A stretch of DNA of 64,000 bases from Acidimicrobiia bacterium (lineage in GTDB: Bacteria > Actinomycetota > Acidimicrobiia > Spongiisociales > UBA11373). The notes under the pieces were generated by a model, which was not told the DNA's origin, did no database searches, and saw only the letters and a program-made list of their open reading frames with translations. Positions 29,648 through 39,827 of the stretch are shown one piece after another. The translations under genes and the position numbers were made by a program. Every line of letters begins with the position of its first letter. The first letter of the stretch is position 1. The stretch spans positions 4,099 through 68,098 of the forward strand of contig JAFGCH010000071.1 of NCBI GenBank assembly GCA_016932695.1, read 5' to 3'.

Positions 29648-30475
29648 TCAGGTGGAGGGCGGCAGCCGGCGGCGCCGGGCGCGCCGCGTAGCCTGGTTCA
29701 TGTAGAAGCGGGTGAAGCCGGGAGCGGTGCCGGCCAGGCGGGCCAGCCAGCGCGTCTTGGGATCCGGGTAGACGATGGGCCGGCGCCGCACGACCCCGCG
29801 CAGGATGGCGTCGGCCACCTGTTCGGGGGGGATGGGCTTCACCGTGCCGGCGATGCGGCGAGTCTCCTCGGGCTTGAAGGGCTCCTCTCCGGCCAATTGG
29901 GGGGTGTCGACGTCGGAGGGGTAGACGCACGCCACGTGGATGCCGTGAGGGCGGAGTTCCACGCGCAGGATGTCGGTGAGGCCCCGCACCGCGTATTTCG
30001 AGGGCCCGTAGGCGCTGTAGCCGAACACGGGGAGGAGGCCGGCGGTCGAGGAGATGGCGACGATGGTCCCCTTGCGACGGGCCAGCATGGCGGGCACCAC
30101 CGCCCGTATGCACCACAGGGTGCCCAGGTAGTTGACCTCCATGTGGCGGGAGAACACGTCGCCGGGCAGCTCCTGGAAGTAGCCGGGCCGGGCAATGCCC
30201 GCCGAAGTGATGAGCAGGTCACACGGGCCGAGGGCGGCGACGCAGCGGGCCACCGCCGCTTCGGCCTCGTCGCGTCGTGAGACGTCGGCCGTCTCCAGGT
30301 GGAGGATGGCGCGCGGCGGCGGGTCGGCGCGCAGCGCCGCCAGGTAGGGGTCGTCGAGGGCGATGACGGAGACCCGGGCCCCACGAGCGGCGAGGCGGCG
30401 CACCGTGGCCAGGCCGATACCGCTCGAGCCGCCGGTGATCAGGGCGTGGATGTCGCGGAAGGGCTCCATGCTCAC
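29648..30475 (-). CDS. Classical SDR, KDSR (3-ketodihydrosphingosine reductase)-like
   Basis: TGGSSGIG, YSAYGPSK, VYPSDVDTPQLAGEEPFKPEETRRI (PxDxDTP..E...KP.ET pattern typical of KDSR-like SDRs). Confidence 0.8.
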   Translation of the reverse strand: MSMEPFRDIHALITGGSSGIGLATVRRLAARGARVSVIALDDPYLAALRADPPPRAILHLETADVSRRDEAEAAVARCVAALGPCDLLITSAGIARPGYFQELPGDVFSRHMEVNYLGTLWCIRAVVPAMLARRKGTIVAISSTAGLLPVFGYSAYGPSKYAVRGLTDILRVELRPHGIHVACVYPSDVDTPQLAGEEPFKPEETRRIAGTVKPIPPEQVADAILRGVVRRRPIVYPDPKTRWLARLAGTAPGFTRFYMNQATRRARRRRLPPST

Positions 30476-30476
30476 C

Positions 30477-30869
30477 TCAGGCGTAGCGCACGATCAGGAA
30501 CATGCCCCCGGCGAGGACGGCGAGGACGATGGCCAGGTTGGCCACCCCCTCGCGCTCGGGGGCAAACAACCCGGTGCGCCAGAAGTAGGCTGCGTCGAGG
30601 ATCCCCAGGAAGAGGAGCATGCCCCCGGCCACGAGGCTCAGGGACTCGCCGAGGGGCTCCTCCAGGATCAGGAGCAGGGCGGCAACCACCAACAGGAGAG
30701 CCAGCGCCGTGTCGCTGAACACGAAGGGCGTCTCGTGCTCCCGATAGCCGGGAGGTAGCCAGGGCTGCTCGTGGGACTGGCGGAACCAGGTGACCCAGAA
30801 GGCGGCGAACACCAGGGCACCCATGAACATGAGGCCGGCCGTCACCCAGGTAGCGGCGTTGTCGGTCAC
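30477..30869 (-). CDS. Hypothetical 4-TM membrane protein
   Basis: 130 aa with four hydrophobic segments; GTGA overlap with the upstream gene. Confidence 0.75.
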   Translation of the reverse strand: MTDNAATWVTAGLMFMGALVFAAFWVTWFRQSHEQPWLPPGYREHETPFVFSDTALALLLVVAALLLILEEPLGESLSLVAGGMLLFLGILDAAYFWRTGLFAPEREGVANLAIVLAVLAGGMFLIVRYA

Positions 30870-32389
30870 GGCCGGCCCTTCCCGGCGGGGACCCGCAACC
30901 ACTCGGGCACGATGTCCCGGCCGAAGATGTCCTCCATCGACTCGGTCCGCTTGATCAGCTCCGCCCGATCACCGCGGACAAGTACCGTCGCCGGCCGGGG
31001 CAGGGCATTGAAGTTGGAGGCGCTGCTCTCCTGGTAGGCACCGGCTTCGAGGATTGCCACCACGTCGCCCATCTCCACCTCCGGCATATGCGCCCCGAGG
31101 ATGATCTGGTCGGCGTAGCAGGAGTGCCCCACGATGTCGGCCTTCATGGTGTCCGGCCGGTCGGCCTTGTTGGCCACCACGAAGGGGTGCCGGTTGTGCT
31201 CCAGCACCCCGCCGGCGAGGAAGAAGTAGCTGGTGTCGAGCAGCACCCAGGTGTAGGGGATGGGTTGGGTCTGGCGCTTAACCACCTTGACCCGGGAGAG
31301 GTGCACCGCGGTGTCGCCGTAAAGAGCACGCCCCGGCTCGGTCTGGAGCCGCACCCCGTCGAGATCCACCCCCTGGCGGGCCAGCTCCCGGCTGAGGGTG
31401 CGGGTGATGGTGGCGGCGTAGTCCTCGATGGTGGGCACTTCCTTGGGCTTGGGGTGCTCGGTGAGCACATCGAGGATCATGCCGAGCAGTCGGTGGTACA
31501 GCTGCTCGCCGAGCCCGCGCAGCCCCACCAGGAACGGATAGCCCAGGCAGGTAGTGAGGAACTCCCAGCGGCTGAACTCCTTGTTGTGCGGGTCGCGTCG
31601 GCTGGCCATGCCCCCGCCGATATCGATCTCCTGGGGCTTCCAGCCGTCCCAGGCCCGGCACAACTCACCCACCAGGCGAGCGAAGCGCACCATCATCCCC
31701 TGCCAGAACCACAGGCTGGGGTGATGACGCCCGGCGTGGAAGTGCAGGCCGACCAGCTCCACATTGGGGGCGGCGAAGGCCTTGCGGCCCAGCTCCACCA
31801 GGTACTCGGGCGGGATGCCCGACTTGTACACCTGCACTCCCAGGTCGATGGGAATCCAGAGCTGGGTGAAGTCGGTGCGCCGCCAGAGGTTGGGCATGGT
31901 GGGCTTCACCCGCAGGCGGATCTTGGCCACTACCCCCAGTTCGGCGGCGATGTCCTGGATCCAGTCGATCTCGTGGATGTCTTCCACGGTGATGCGCACT
32001 CCCGCCTGCAGGCAGCGGCGCAAGTGGGCCCGGCTCTTACCGCCGCCGTTGGCCGAGGTCCGCTCGGGGTCGACGCCGGTGCGCAAGGCGCCTTCCAGCT
32101 CCTCGGGGGAGTAGAGGTCGGCCCCCGCCCCCTCGTTGGTGAGCAGCTGCCGGACGGCGAGGAGCGTGTTGGCCTTCATAGCCGGCATCACGTCCACCGG
32201 CCCGTGGGGCCAGCCGCGAGCGAAAGCATCGCGGAAGCGGCGGTAGTTCTCCCGGATTTGCCGCTCGGAGAAGGCGAAGATCGGGGAGCCGAAGTGCTCG
32301 ACCAGGGCGGTGGTGTCGGCCTCCTCGATGTACAGGCGCCCGTCGCGCACTGAGAGGCAGTCGGGGGGATGATGACCGGGAGCGTGCAT
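30866..32389 (-). CDS. Fold-type III PLP enzyme, diaminopimelate decarboxylase-like (divergent)
   Basis: PAMKAN (PLP Lys), GLHFHAG, DIGGG, EPGRALYG, VGHSCYAD, GAYQES.SNFNALPRPA. Confidence 0.82.
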   Translation of the reverse strand: MHAPGHHPPDCLSVRDGRLYIEEADTTALVEHFGSPIFAFSERQIRENYRRFRDAFARGWPHGPVDVMPAMKANTLLAVRQLLTNEGAGADLYSPEELEGALRTGVDPERTSANGGGKSRAHLRRCLQAGVRITVEDIHEIDWIQDIAAELGVVAKIRLRVKPTMPNLWRRTDFTQLWIPIDLGVQVYKSGIPPEYLVELGRKAFAAPNVELVGLHFHAGRHHPSLWFWQGMMVRFARLVGELCRAWDGWKPQEIDIGGGMASRRDPHNKEFSRWEFLTTCLGYPFLVGLRGLGEQLYHRLLGMILDVLTEHPKPKEVPTIEDYAATITRTLSRELARQGVDLDGVRLQTEPGRALYGDTAVHLSRVKVVKRQTQPIPYTWVLLDTSYFFLAGGVLEHNRHPFVVANKADRPDTMKADIVGHSCYADQIILGAHMPEVEMGDVVAILEAGAYQESSASNFNALPRPATVLVRGDRAELIKRTESMEDIFGRDIVPEWLRVPAGKGRP

Positions 32390-32487
32390 GACGAAGCTCC
32401 TTGTGGGTGTGAGGCCGGGTGCTCGGCCTGCTTCCTCATCCTATCCCCAGAGACGCCGCCCGGTCTGACGGAGCAAGGGTCTGCCTC

Positions 32488-34878
32488 TCAGCGGGCTGCC
32501 GCCGCCTCGGGTTTCTCGTCCAGCGCCCACGGCACCGAGGTGACGACGATGCGGGTGTCGGCATAGAGGGCGCTGCGGATCCACAGGGCCGACTGATTGT
32601 GGAGCAGCCTTCCGGCGGCGGAGGCCACCACGAACTCGGGGATGACCACGTTCAGCACGGCTCCCTCCCCGGCGCGCTGCGCCGCGTCTTCCAGGTATTC
32701 GATCACGGTGCTGGTCAGGTCGCGAAACGGGCTGGGCACGACTTCGAGGGGCACCTTGACCCCGTACTGGTCCCAGGCCGCCTCGACCCGCGCCCGCTGC
32801 TCCGGCTCGATCTCCACGTGCAGGGCGCGCACGGCCGCAGGGGAGACGCTGCAGGCATACTGCACCGCCCGTAGGGTGGGAGCGGTGACTTCGGAGACCA
32901 GCACGACCGTCTCGACGCGCTGCAGCGGCCCGGCGCGACTGTGGCCGAAGTCCAACGCCGTGCCGGCCATGCGCACCAGCCGCTTGCTGACCAGGGTGAC
33001 ACGGGAATCGGAGCGGGGGCGACGGGGCCGCCTGCCGGCGGGCTGGTAGTTGACGTCGGCCACCGCCACCCCCGACTCCCGGCGCAGCGCCCAGAGGATG
33101 CCGGGAGCGCCGGAGCGGTGGGACCAGGCATGGCGCCAGCGGTGGGTACCCACCTCCTCGGCCACCACCACGGTCAGCAGCGAGTCGGGGTCGGCGGCGG
33201 TGACTCGCCGCACCTGATCGCGCAACGCCGCCGCCACCCCGTCGGGCCCGGCCTCCAGGAGGGTGAGAGGGATGTCGGCATGGCGCTCCTGCCAGTGCAC
33301 CCGGAGGCGGCGATCGCCGGTTTCGCGTACGTGCCACGTCTCCAGCCGGTCCGAGCGCAGCAGCCGGCCGAACCGGAGCGCCCGCTCGAGGTGCCGTCCC
33401 GAGCGGGAAGCCAGCACCGCTACCCGATGAGGCCGCACCTGCCCGCAGTCCACTGGGTGCACCTGGCGCAGCCGGGAGGCCACCCACATGTAGTGGCGGC
33501 GCATGGCGGCCATGCCCGCCACGAACAGGGGCACGGCCACCATGACGATCCAGGCACCGTGGGTGAACTTGGCAATCACCACCACCACCAGCACCACCCC
33601 GGTGGCCGCGGCTCCGATGGTGTTGAACACCACCGATCGCCTCCAGCCCCTCTCCCGGCTGCGGAGCCAGTGGCGCACCATGCCGCTCTGGCTCAGGGTG
33701 AACGAGGTGAACACGCCGACCACGTACAGCTGGATCAGGCGGCTGACTTCGGCGCCGAAGGCGGCGATGAGCAGCCCGGAGAGGAGCGAGATGGCCAGGA
33801 TCCCGTTGGAGAAGACGAGGCGGTCCCCCCGGTTGCGGAACTGACGGGGCATGAGGCGGTGCCCGGCCAGAATGGCGGAGAGGCGCGGGAAGTCCTGATA
33901 GGCAGTGTTGGCGGCAAGCACCAGGATGGCCGCGGTGGCGATCTGCAGGACGACGAAGCCGGCCCCGCTGCCGAACACCGCCCGGCCGATCTGGGAGAGC
34001 ACGGTCCCGTAGCGGTCCACCGACTCGGCGGTGACCCTCACGTCCAGGAGGCGGGAGAGGGCGCTGATCCCTAGGAACATGCTGATGGCGATCACGCCCA
34101 TGGCCGCCAGCGTGGCGGCGGCATTGCGGGCCTTGGGCGGGCGGAAAGCCTGGACGCCGTCGGCAATGGCCTCGGTCCCGGTCAGGGCGCTGGCTCCGGA
34201 AGCGAAGGCTCGCAGGATGAGGAGCAGCGTGACCCCGGCGACCTCGGGGGCCAGTGGGGTGCCGGCCGACACCGCCTGCGGGCAGGATCCCGCCAGGCAG
34301 CGGACGAAGCCGGTGCCCAGCGTCACCAGCACGATGGCGACGAAGGCGTAGGTCGGGGCGGCAAAGAGGCTGCCGGCCTCGCGAGCCCCGCGCAGGTTGG
34401 CCACGGTGACCAGAAGGAGGAAGGCCAGGGCGAGGGGCACCCGGTAGCCGAGGGAGGAGGGGGCGGCGGAGGTGATGGCGGCCACCCCCGCCGAAACCGA
34501 GACGGCCACAGTGAGCACGTAGTCCGTGAGGAGGGCGGCGGCGGCCACCATCGCCGGGCGAAGGCCCAGGTTGTCGTGGGTCACCAGGAAGGCCCCGCCT
34601 CCCTCGGGGTACGCCCGCACCGTCTGGCGATAGGAGGTGACCACGACCGCCATGAGGGCGGCAATGGCGAGAGCGATGGGCAGGACGAAGTCGAGGCCGG
34701 CGGCGCCGGCCAGGGCCAGTACCAGCACGACCTCTTCGGTGGCGTAGGCCACGGAAGAGAGGGCGTCGGAGGCGAAGATCGGCAGGGCGAGGAACTTGGG
34801 GAGCAGTTGGTGCTCGTGTTCCGCCGACGCGAGGGGCGCGCCGATCAGCCAGTGCTTGGCCCGGGTCCACGCATGCAT
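32488..34878 (-). CDS. APC-superfamily KimA/YdaO-like K+ transporter with two cytoplasmic domains
   Basis: FASDALSSVAYATEE, YPEGGGAF, ALTGTEAIADG, AANTAYQDFPRL, LIQLYVVGVF, VVIPEF..LLHNQSA. Confidence 0.88.
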   Translation of the reverse strand: MHAWTRAKHWLIGAPLASAEHEHQLLPKFLALPIFASDALSSVAYATEEVVLVLALAGAAGLDFVLPIALAIAALMAVVVTSYRQTVRAYPEGGGAFLVTHDNLGLRPAMVAAAALLTDYVLTVAVSVSAGVAAITSAAPSSLGYRVPLALAFLLLVTVANLRGAREAGSLFAAPTYAFVAIVLVTLGTGFVRCLAGSCPQAVSAGTPLAPEVAGVTLLLILRAFASGASALTGTEAIADGVQAFRPPKARNAAATLAAMGVIAISMFLGISALSRLLDVRVTAESVDRYGTVLSQIGRAVFGSGAGFVVLQIATAAILVLAANTAYQDFPRLSAILAGHRLMPRQFRNRGDRLVFSNGILAISLLSGLLIAAFGAEVSRLIQLYVVGVFTSFTLSQSGMVRHWLRSRERGWRRSVVFNTIGAAATGVVLVVVVIAKFTHGAWIVMVAVPLFVAGMAAMRRHYMWVASRLRQVHPVDCGQVRPHRVAVLASRSGRHLERALRFGRLLRSDRLETWHVRETGDRRLRVHWQERHADIPLTLLEAGPDGVAAALRDQVRRVTAADPDSLLTVVVAEEVGTHRWRHAWSHRSGAPGILWALRRESGVAVADVNYQPAGRRPRRPRSDSRVTLVSKRLVRMAGTALDFGHSRAGPLQRVETVVLVSEVTAPTLRAVQYACSVSPAAVRALHVEIEPEQRARVEAAWDQYGVKVPLEVVPSPFRDLTSTVIEYLEDAAQRAGEGAVLNVVIPEFVVASAAGRLLHNQSALWIRSALYADTRIVVTSVPWALDEKPEAAAAR

Positions 34879-34930
34879 CGCAGGCACTCCGGAGGTGTGA
34901 TGCTAGGCGGGGCGGAGGGGCTTCCCTCCG

Positions 34931-34957
34931 GGAACCGGGCGTTGGGGCAGGAGCGTC
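34931..34957 (+). promoter_or_regulatory. Possible ECF-sigma promoter for the META gene
   Basis: GGAACC-N17-CGTC ending 28 nt before ATG 34986. Confidence 0.45.
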
Positions 34958-34985
34958 GCAGGGGCATGCGCAGAAAGAAGGCAGG

Positions 34986-35780
34986 ATGAGCAACGGGACG
35001 GCTGGAGCCCTGCTGGCGTTGGTGCTGGCGTTGACGGCATGCGCCGAGGAGGAGGTGCTGGTGAGCCCCCCTGCCGATTCGTCCTTGCCGGGTACCCACT
35101 GGGTGGTGGCCGGGCTCACCGTCGACGGTGATGTGCCGGCGCTGCCCACGGATTCCCGGCCGACCCTGGACTTCGACGAGGCCGGAGGGGTGAGCGGCCA
35201 CGCCGGCTGCAACTCTTACTTCGGCACGGTGGCCTTCACCGGCGGGGGGGTTGCCGTCACCGACATCGGCTCGACCTTGATGGCCTGCGAGCCGGAGGTC
35301 ATGGAACGGGAGGCGCGCTTCCTTGCCGCGCTAAGCCGGGTGGACACCGTCTCTTTGGACACCGGCCGCCTCACCCTGATAGGGGAAGGTGGCGCGGTGC
35401 GGATCGATCTGGATCCCTTCGTGCCCGAACCCGATCGCCCGCTGGCCGGGACGGTCTGGCACCTGACCACCCTCGTCGACGGCGAGGTGGCTTCCTCGAT
35501 CATCGCCGGCACCACCCCGACATTGTTGGTGGACGACACCGCCGCCCGCATCTCGGGGAGCACCGGGTGCAACAACTACTTCGGGCCGGCTTCCTTCGCC
35601 GAAGAACAGGTGACGGTGGGTGCCCTGGCCTCCACCAAGATGGCTTGCGCCCCCGAGGTGATGCAGCAGGAGGCGTTCGTCCTGGCGGTGCTCGGCGGCG
35701 CGGCCACCTGGGAGATCGAGGGAAGCGCCCTGCGGATCACCGCCGCCGACGGGCGGGCCCTGGAGTTCGCCGCCGGCTAA
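34986..35780 (+). CDS. Lipoprotein with two META (HslJ) domains
   Basis: Lipobox [21 protein letters not shown] and [17 protein letters not shown]. Confidence 0.9.
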   Translation: MSNGTAGALLALVLALTACAEEEVLVSPPADSSLPGTHWVVAGLTVDGDVPALPTDSRPTLDFDEAGGVSGHAGCNSYFGTVAFTGGGVAVTDIGSTLMACEPEVMEREARFLAALSRVDTVSLDTGRLTLIGEGGAVRIDLDPFVPEPDRPLAGTVWHLTTLVDGEVASSIIAGTTPTLLVDDTAARISGSTGCNNYFGPASFAEEQVTVGALASTKMACAPEVMQQEAFVLAVLGGAATWEIEGSALRITAADGRALEFAAG

Positions 35781-37348
35781 GCGCCCGGCGCGGCCTCTTG
35801 GGGATTCCCTTCACCCCGAGCGGGGGAAGTCGCGCCGATGTGGGCCGTCTCGCGCAGCGGGTGCTCCGGGAGGGCGACGGCCAGCAGGAACGACACCACG
35901 GCAAAGGGAATGGCCCAGCGGAACACCGTGCTGATGGAGCGGGACACCGCCTCGGCCACCGCCGCCTGCACGTCGGGCGGCAAGGCGCGGATGACGGCCG
36001 GGCTCCCGGTGAGCAGCGCCGGATCGATGGCCTCGGCCCCCGGCGGCAGCAGCCGAGGCAGGTAGTAGGCGAGGCGGCCCGAGAGGATCGCTCCGAACAG
36101 GGCCGCTCCGAACGCTCCTCCCAGGGAGCGGAAGAAGGTGTTGGTGGAGGTGGCGATGCCCAGGTCGCGGTGCTCCACCGAGTTTTGCAGGGCGATGACC
36201 AGCACCTGCATGATCAGGCCGAGGCCCAGGCCCAGCACCACCATGAACAGGGACGACTGCAGCCGGGAGCTGGAGACGTCCATGAGGGAGAGCAGGGCGA
36301 GGCCCAGGCCCACCAGCGCGCTGCCCACCACGGGATAGCGCTTGTAGCGGCCGGTGCGGGTGATCAGCTGGCCCGTGGTAATCGACATGGTGACCACCCC
36401 CGCCGTCAGCGGCAGGAGCAGCAGGCCGGAGTTGGTGGCGCTGGCACCGGTGGCCACCTGCAAGAAGACGGGCAGGAAGATGGTGGCCCCCACCATGGTG
36501 AGGCCGAGGATGAAACCGGCCGCCCCGGTGAGGCTGAAGACCCGATTGCGGAAGAGGCGCAGCGGCAGGATGGGCTCGGCGGCGTGCTGCTCTCGCACCA
36601 CGAAGAGGCCGAGGAGTAGCACCCCGGCCAACCCCAGCGAGACGATGGTGGCCGATGCCCAGGGGTACTGGGTGCCGCCCCAGACCGTCACCAGCAGCAG
36701 GCAGGACACTGCCGCCACCAGCAGGGCCGCCCCCTCGTAGTCGATGCGGTGGGGCCGGCGGACGAAGGGCAGGTTCAGGGCGTAGGAGGTGACCACCAGG
36801 GCGGCGGCGCCGATGGGGAGGTTGATGTAGAAGATCCAGCGCCAGGAGAGGTGGTCGGTGAACAGGCCCCCGAGCAGCGGGCCGGCCACGCTGGCGAAGG
36901 CGAAGACCGCCCCGATGTAGCCCTGGTAGCGGCCCCGTTCACGCGGGGAGAGGATGTCCCCGATGATCGTCAGGGAGAGGGCCATCAGGCCGCCGGCGCC
37001 GAGGCCCTGCACGGCGCGGAAGGCGATCAGTTGCGGCATGTTGCGGGAGAAGCCCGCCAGGGCCGAGCCGATGAGGAAGACGACGATGGCGAACTGGAAC
37101 ACCTGCCGGCGGCCGAGGAGGTCGCTGATCTTGCCGTAGAGCGGGCTGGAGGCAGTGGAGGTGAGCAGGTAGGCGGTGACCACCCAGGAGAGATGGTCCA
37201 GGCCGCCCAGTTCGCCGACGATCGTGGGCAGGGCGGTGGCCACGATCGTCTGGTCGAGGGCGGCCAGGAGGACGCCGGCCATCAGGCCGGAGAACACCAC
37301 CAGGACCTGGCGGTGGCTGAGCTTGGCGGGGGCGCTGGTTTCGCTCGT
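35777..37348 (-). CDS. MFS drug:H+ antiporter (DHA2, EmrB/QacA); start uncertain (ACG 37348 or GTG 37300)
   Basis: [46 protein letters not shown]. Confidence 0.9.
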   Translation of the reverse strand, partial: TSETSAPAKLSHRQVLVVFSGLMAGVLLAALDQTIVATALPTIVGELGGLDHLSWVVTAYLLTSTASSPLYGKISDLLGRRQVFQFAIVVFLIGSALAGFSRNMPQLIAFRAVQGLGAGGLMALSLTIIGDILSPRERGRYQGYIGAVFAFASVAGPLLGGLFTDHLSWRWIFYINLPIGAAALVVTSYALNLPFVRRPHRIDYEGAALLVAAVSCLLLVTVWGGTQYPWASATIVSLGLAGVLLLGLFVVREQHAAEPILPLRLFRNRVFSLTGAAGFILGLTMVGATIFLPVFLQVATGASATNSGLLLLPLTAGVVTMSITTGQLITRTGRYKRYPVVGSALVGLGLALLSLMDVSSSRLQSSLFMVVLGLGLGLIMQVLVIALQNSVEHRDLGIATSTNTFFRSLGGAFGAALFGAILSGRLAYYLPRLLPPGAEAIDPALLTGSPAVIRALPPDVQAAVAEAVSRSISTVFRWAIPFAVVSFLLAVALPEHPLRETAHIGATSPARGEGNPQEAAPGA

Positions 37349-37469
37349 GAGGTACTCCGGGAGCGGACGCGACGCTAGCCGCCGGTGCGGAATCCCCGGC
37401 CGCGACGGCCGCCCCGAGCCGGACGGCCGGGTAACGTGCCCCCGCTAGCGCGACGGAGGCGTGAGGGGA

Positions 37470-38543
37470 ATGCGCATCAACTTCGCAATGTGGGGCAAAG
37501 CCTCGTGGCAGCTGATCAAGATGGAGGACAAGAGGGAGTGGGAGGCCCTCGACGTCGTCTCCAAGTGGCTCATCGCCACCCGGTCTGCCGTCACCCTGGT
37601 GACGGTGTACACCTGTGTGATTGCCGGCCTTCTCGCCTGGCGCGACGACGTCTTCTCCTGGGTGCCGTTCGTCGTCCTGACGTTGGGGCTCTTCATCGCC
37701 CACGGCACGAACAACCTGTTGAACGACTACACCGATTACCGGCGCGGGGTCGACAAGGACAACTACTTCCGCACCCAGTACGGAGTCCATCCCCTGGTGC
37801 AGGGATTCTGGACCCCCCGAACCCAGCTGAAGTGGTTCGCCGCCAGCGGGGTGCTGGCCGCCGGGGCCGGGGTCTACGCGCTCTTCGCCTCTGACTTCGA
37901 TCCCTGGGTCATCGGCCTGTTCGCCTTCGGGGCGGTGACACTCCTGGCCTACACCTTCCCCTTCAAGTACTGGGGGGTGGGCGAACTGGCCATCTTCCTC
38001 ATCTGGGGCCCGATCCTGGTGGGCGGCGTGTATCTCACTATGGCCCGCGTGGTCGACGGTGATCTGGGCAACTTCTGGTGGGTGGTGCTCGCCGGGGTGC
38101 CCTACGGCCTCGGGGTAGCCAGCATCAACGTCGCCAAGCACATCGACAAACACGACGACGACAAGGCCCGGGGGGTAGGCACCTTCCCGGTTCGGGTGGG
38201 GCCTGCGGTGGCCCGCCGCGTGGATCAGGCGGCCATCGTGCTCGTCTACGCCGTCATCGTGTTCCTGGTGTTCGTGCCTCGCTACTTCACCCCGGTCATG
38301 CTCCTCGTCGCCCTGGCGCTCCCCGACGCCCTGCGGTTCTTCAAGCTGCTGAACCGGCCTCGTCCGGCTGAGCCCCCGGAGGAGTACCCCGCCTGGCCGA
38401 TCTGGTACTCGGGGGCGGCCTTCGTGCACAACCGCCGCTTCGGGGGCTGGCTGATCATCGGCCTGCTGGTGGACACCGTGCTGCAGGTCATCCCGACCAC
38501 CGGCGACTTCATCAGCCGCAACTGGTCCGGATTCTGGGGCTGA
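37470..38543 (+). CDS. menA: 1,4-dihydroxy-2-naphthoate prenyltransferase (UbiA family)
   Basis: KWLIATR, NNLLNDYTDYRRGVD, FKYWGVGE, HIDKHDDDKARGVGT. Confidence 0.8.
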   Translation: MRINFAMWGKASWQLIKMEDKREWEALDVVSKWLIATRSAVTLVTVYTCVIAGLLAWRDDVFSWVPFVVLTLGLFIAHGTNNLLNDYTDYRRGVDKDNYFRTQYGVHPLVQGFWTPRTQLKWFAASGVLAAGAGVYALFASDFDPWVIGLFAFGAVTLLAYTFPFKYWGVGELAIFLIWGPILVGGVYLTMARVVDGDLGNFWWVVLAGVPYGLGVASINVAKHIDKHDDDKARGVGTFPVRVGPAVARRVDQAAIVLVYAVIVFLVFVPRYFTPVMLLVALALPDALRFFKLLNRPRPAEPPEEYPAWPIWYSGAAFVHNRRFGGWLIIGLLVDTVLQVIPTTGDFISRNWSGFWG

Positions 38544-38558
38544 GGCTCCGGCCGGCGC

Positions 38559-39740
38559 TCAGAGGCTGAGGCCGGCCCGCCGGTCTCGCTTCGCCCAGTA
38601 TCGGCGCACGAAGGCGGGGCGGCGGTCCTGCAGGACGGGGAGGCGGGCCTCCCAACGGGTGAGGGCCTCGTCTGCTTCCCGGAAAGCCGCCTCCGGCTCG
38701 GGAGGTGAGGCCAGCCAGCGGGCCTCGATCCCGTCCCGCTCGGCGATGAAGGTGGGGAAGGAGGCGGCCGGGTCTTGCATGACCCGGCGGTGGAACCGTT
38801 CGTGCCGCCACCACAGGGTGGCCGGGTCGTACCGGTCGCTCGGCGCCGGACCCAAGTCGAGCGGCGTGGTCACCGACACCGGCTTGAAGGTCCCGGTGCA
38901 GGGAGCCGCGGTGCCCGTCACCCAGTGGCGGGCCCCGGTTGGGGTGAGTTCCGCCACCCAGGAGGCGGTCGTCTGGGAGCCGGTGGCCACGCCCCCGGCG
39001 TGCATGCAGGGGGCGGCCATGGCACCGTTCAGCAGCCGGTAGGTGAGGCCGCCCGGGCCGTGGTCGCGCAGGATCGCCATGAGGTCGGCCGGGCCGGCGG
39101 CGCTGCCGGCTCGGGCCTGAGTCAGGGTTTGGCGGGCCCGGCACGCCGAGACGCGAGTCTTGAGGAAGTCGGAGTGCGCTCCGGCGAAGCCGGGGATGGT
39201 GAGGCCGTTGGAGATGCTGCGGGCTCCGGTGGTGACCCGCTCCACCTCCCAGAGCCTGCCGGCGGTCTCCAAGACGAAAGCCTCCCGCGGGTCGGCCGCC
39301 AGGAAGGAGTTGTGGTAGGTGAAACTGCGCTTCTCGTGACCGCAGCCCCCTCCCTGGCCGTGGCGCTCCAGCAGGTGGGTGACGACCTCGACCGCCTCGG
39401 TGGCGGTGGCGGCACGCTCCAGGGCGAGGCGCAGCAGGTCCATGCCGGTGAGCCCGATGCGGGCGTAGGGCTGATTGGTGAACACCGCCTCGTTCCCGAT
39501 CACCACCCCGTGCTCGTTGGCGCCCATTTCGGCGCCCCACATCCAGAAGGGGCGCGAGAGGAGCACGGCCCAGGTCTCGGGTGCCTGGGGGATCTCGATC
39601 CAGGTGCAGCGCAGGGTGGCTCCGGAGGGGTGGGAGCGGCGCGGATGCCACTCGAGCAGTTGCGCCTCGTTGGGGTCCCGGTCGGAGTTCTTGGCGAAGA
39701 GCACCCGGCCGGGGCTCACCGTCACCATGGTGTCGCACAT
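38559..39740 (-). CDS. Secernin-like Ntn peptidase (C69 family)
   Basis: MCDTMV N-terminal Cys, FAKNSDRDPNEAQ, WMWGAEMGANEHGVVIGNEAV. Confidence 0.9.
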   Translation of the reverse strand: MCDTMVTVSPGRVLFAKNSDRDPNEAQLLEWHPRRSHPSGATLRCTWIEIPQAPETWAVLLSRPFWMWGAEMGANEHGVVIGNEAVFTNQPYARIGLTGMDLLRLALERAATATEAVEVVTHLLERHGQGGGCGHEKRSFTYHNSFLAADPREAFVLETAGRLWEVERVTTGARSISNGLTIPGFAGAHSDFLKTRVSACRARQTLTQARAGSAAGPADLMAILRDHGPGGLTYRLLNGAMAAPCMHAGGVATGSQTTASWVAELTPTGARHWVTGTAAPCTGTFKPVSVTTPLDLGPAPSDRYDPATLWWRHERFHRRVMQDPAASFPTFIAERDGIEARWLASPPEPEAAFREADEALTRWEARLPVLQDRRPAFVRRYWAKRDRRAGLSL

Positions 39741-39827
39741 GTGCCGGAGGTTACGCCCGGAGCGGGAAGCGGGCACGAGGAGAGGAGGTGTGGCAGTCTG
39801 GGGAAGTCCCGCCCGAGGAGGAGACCA

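Noticed and set aside
34880..34985. c-di-AMP (ydaO) riboswitch ahead of the KimA-like gene
   Set aside because: The intergenic region is ~100 nt, is shared with a divergent gene and shows no recognisable ydaO consensus.
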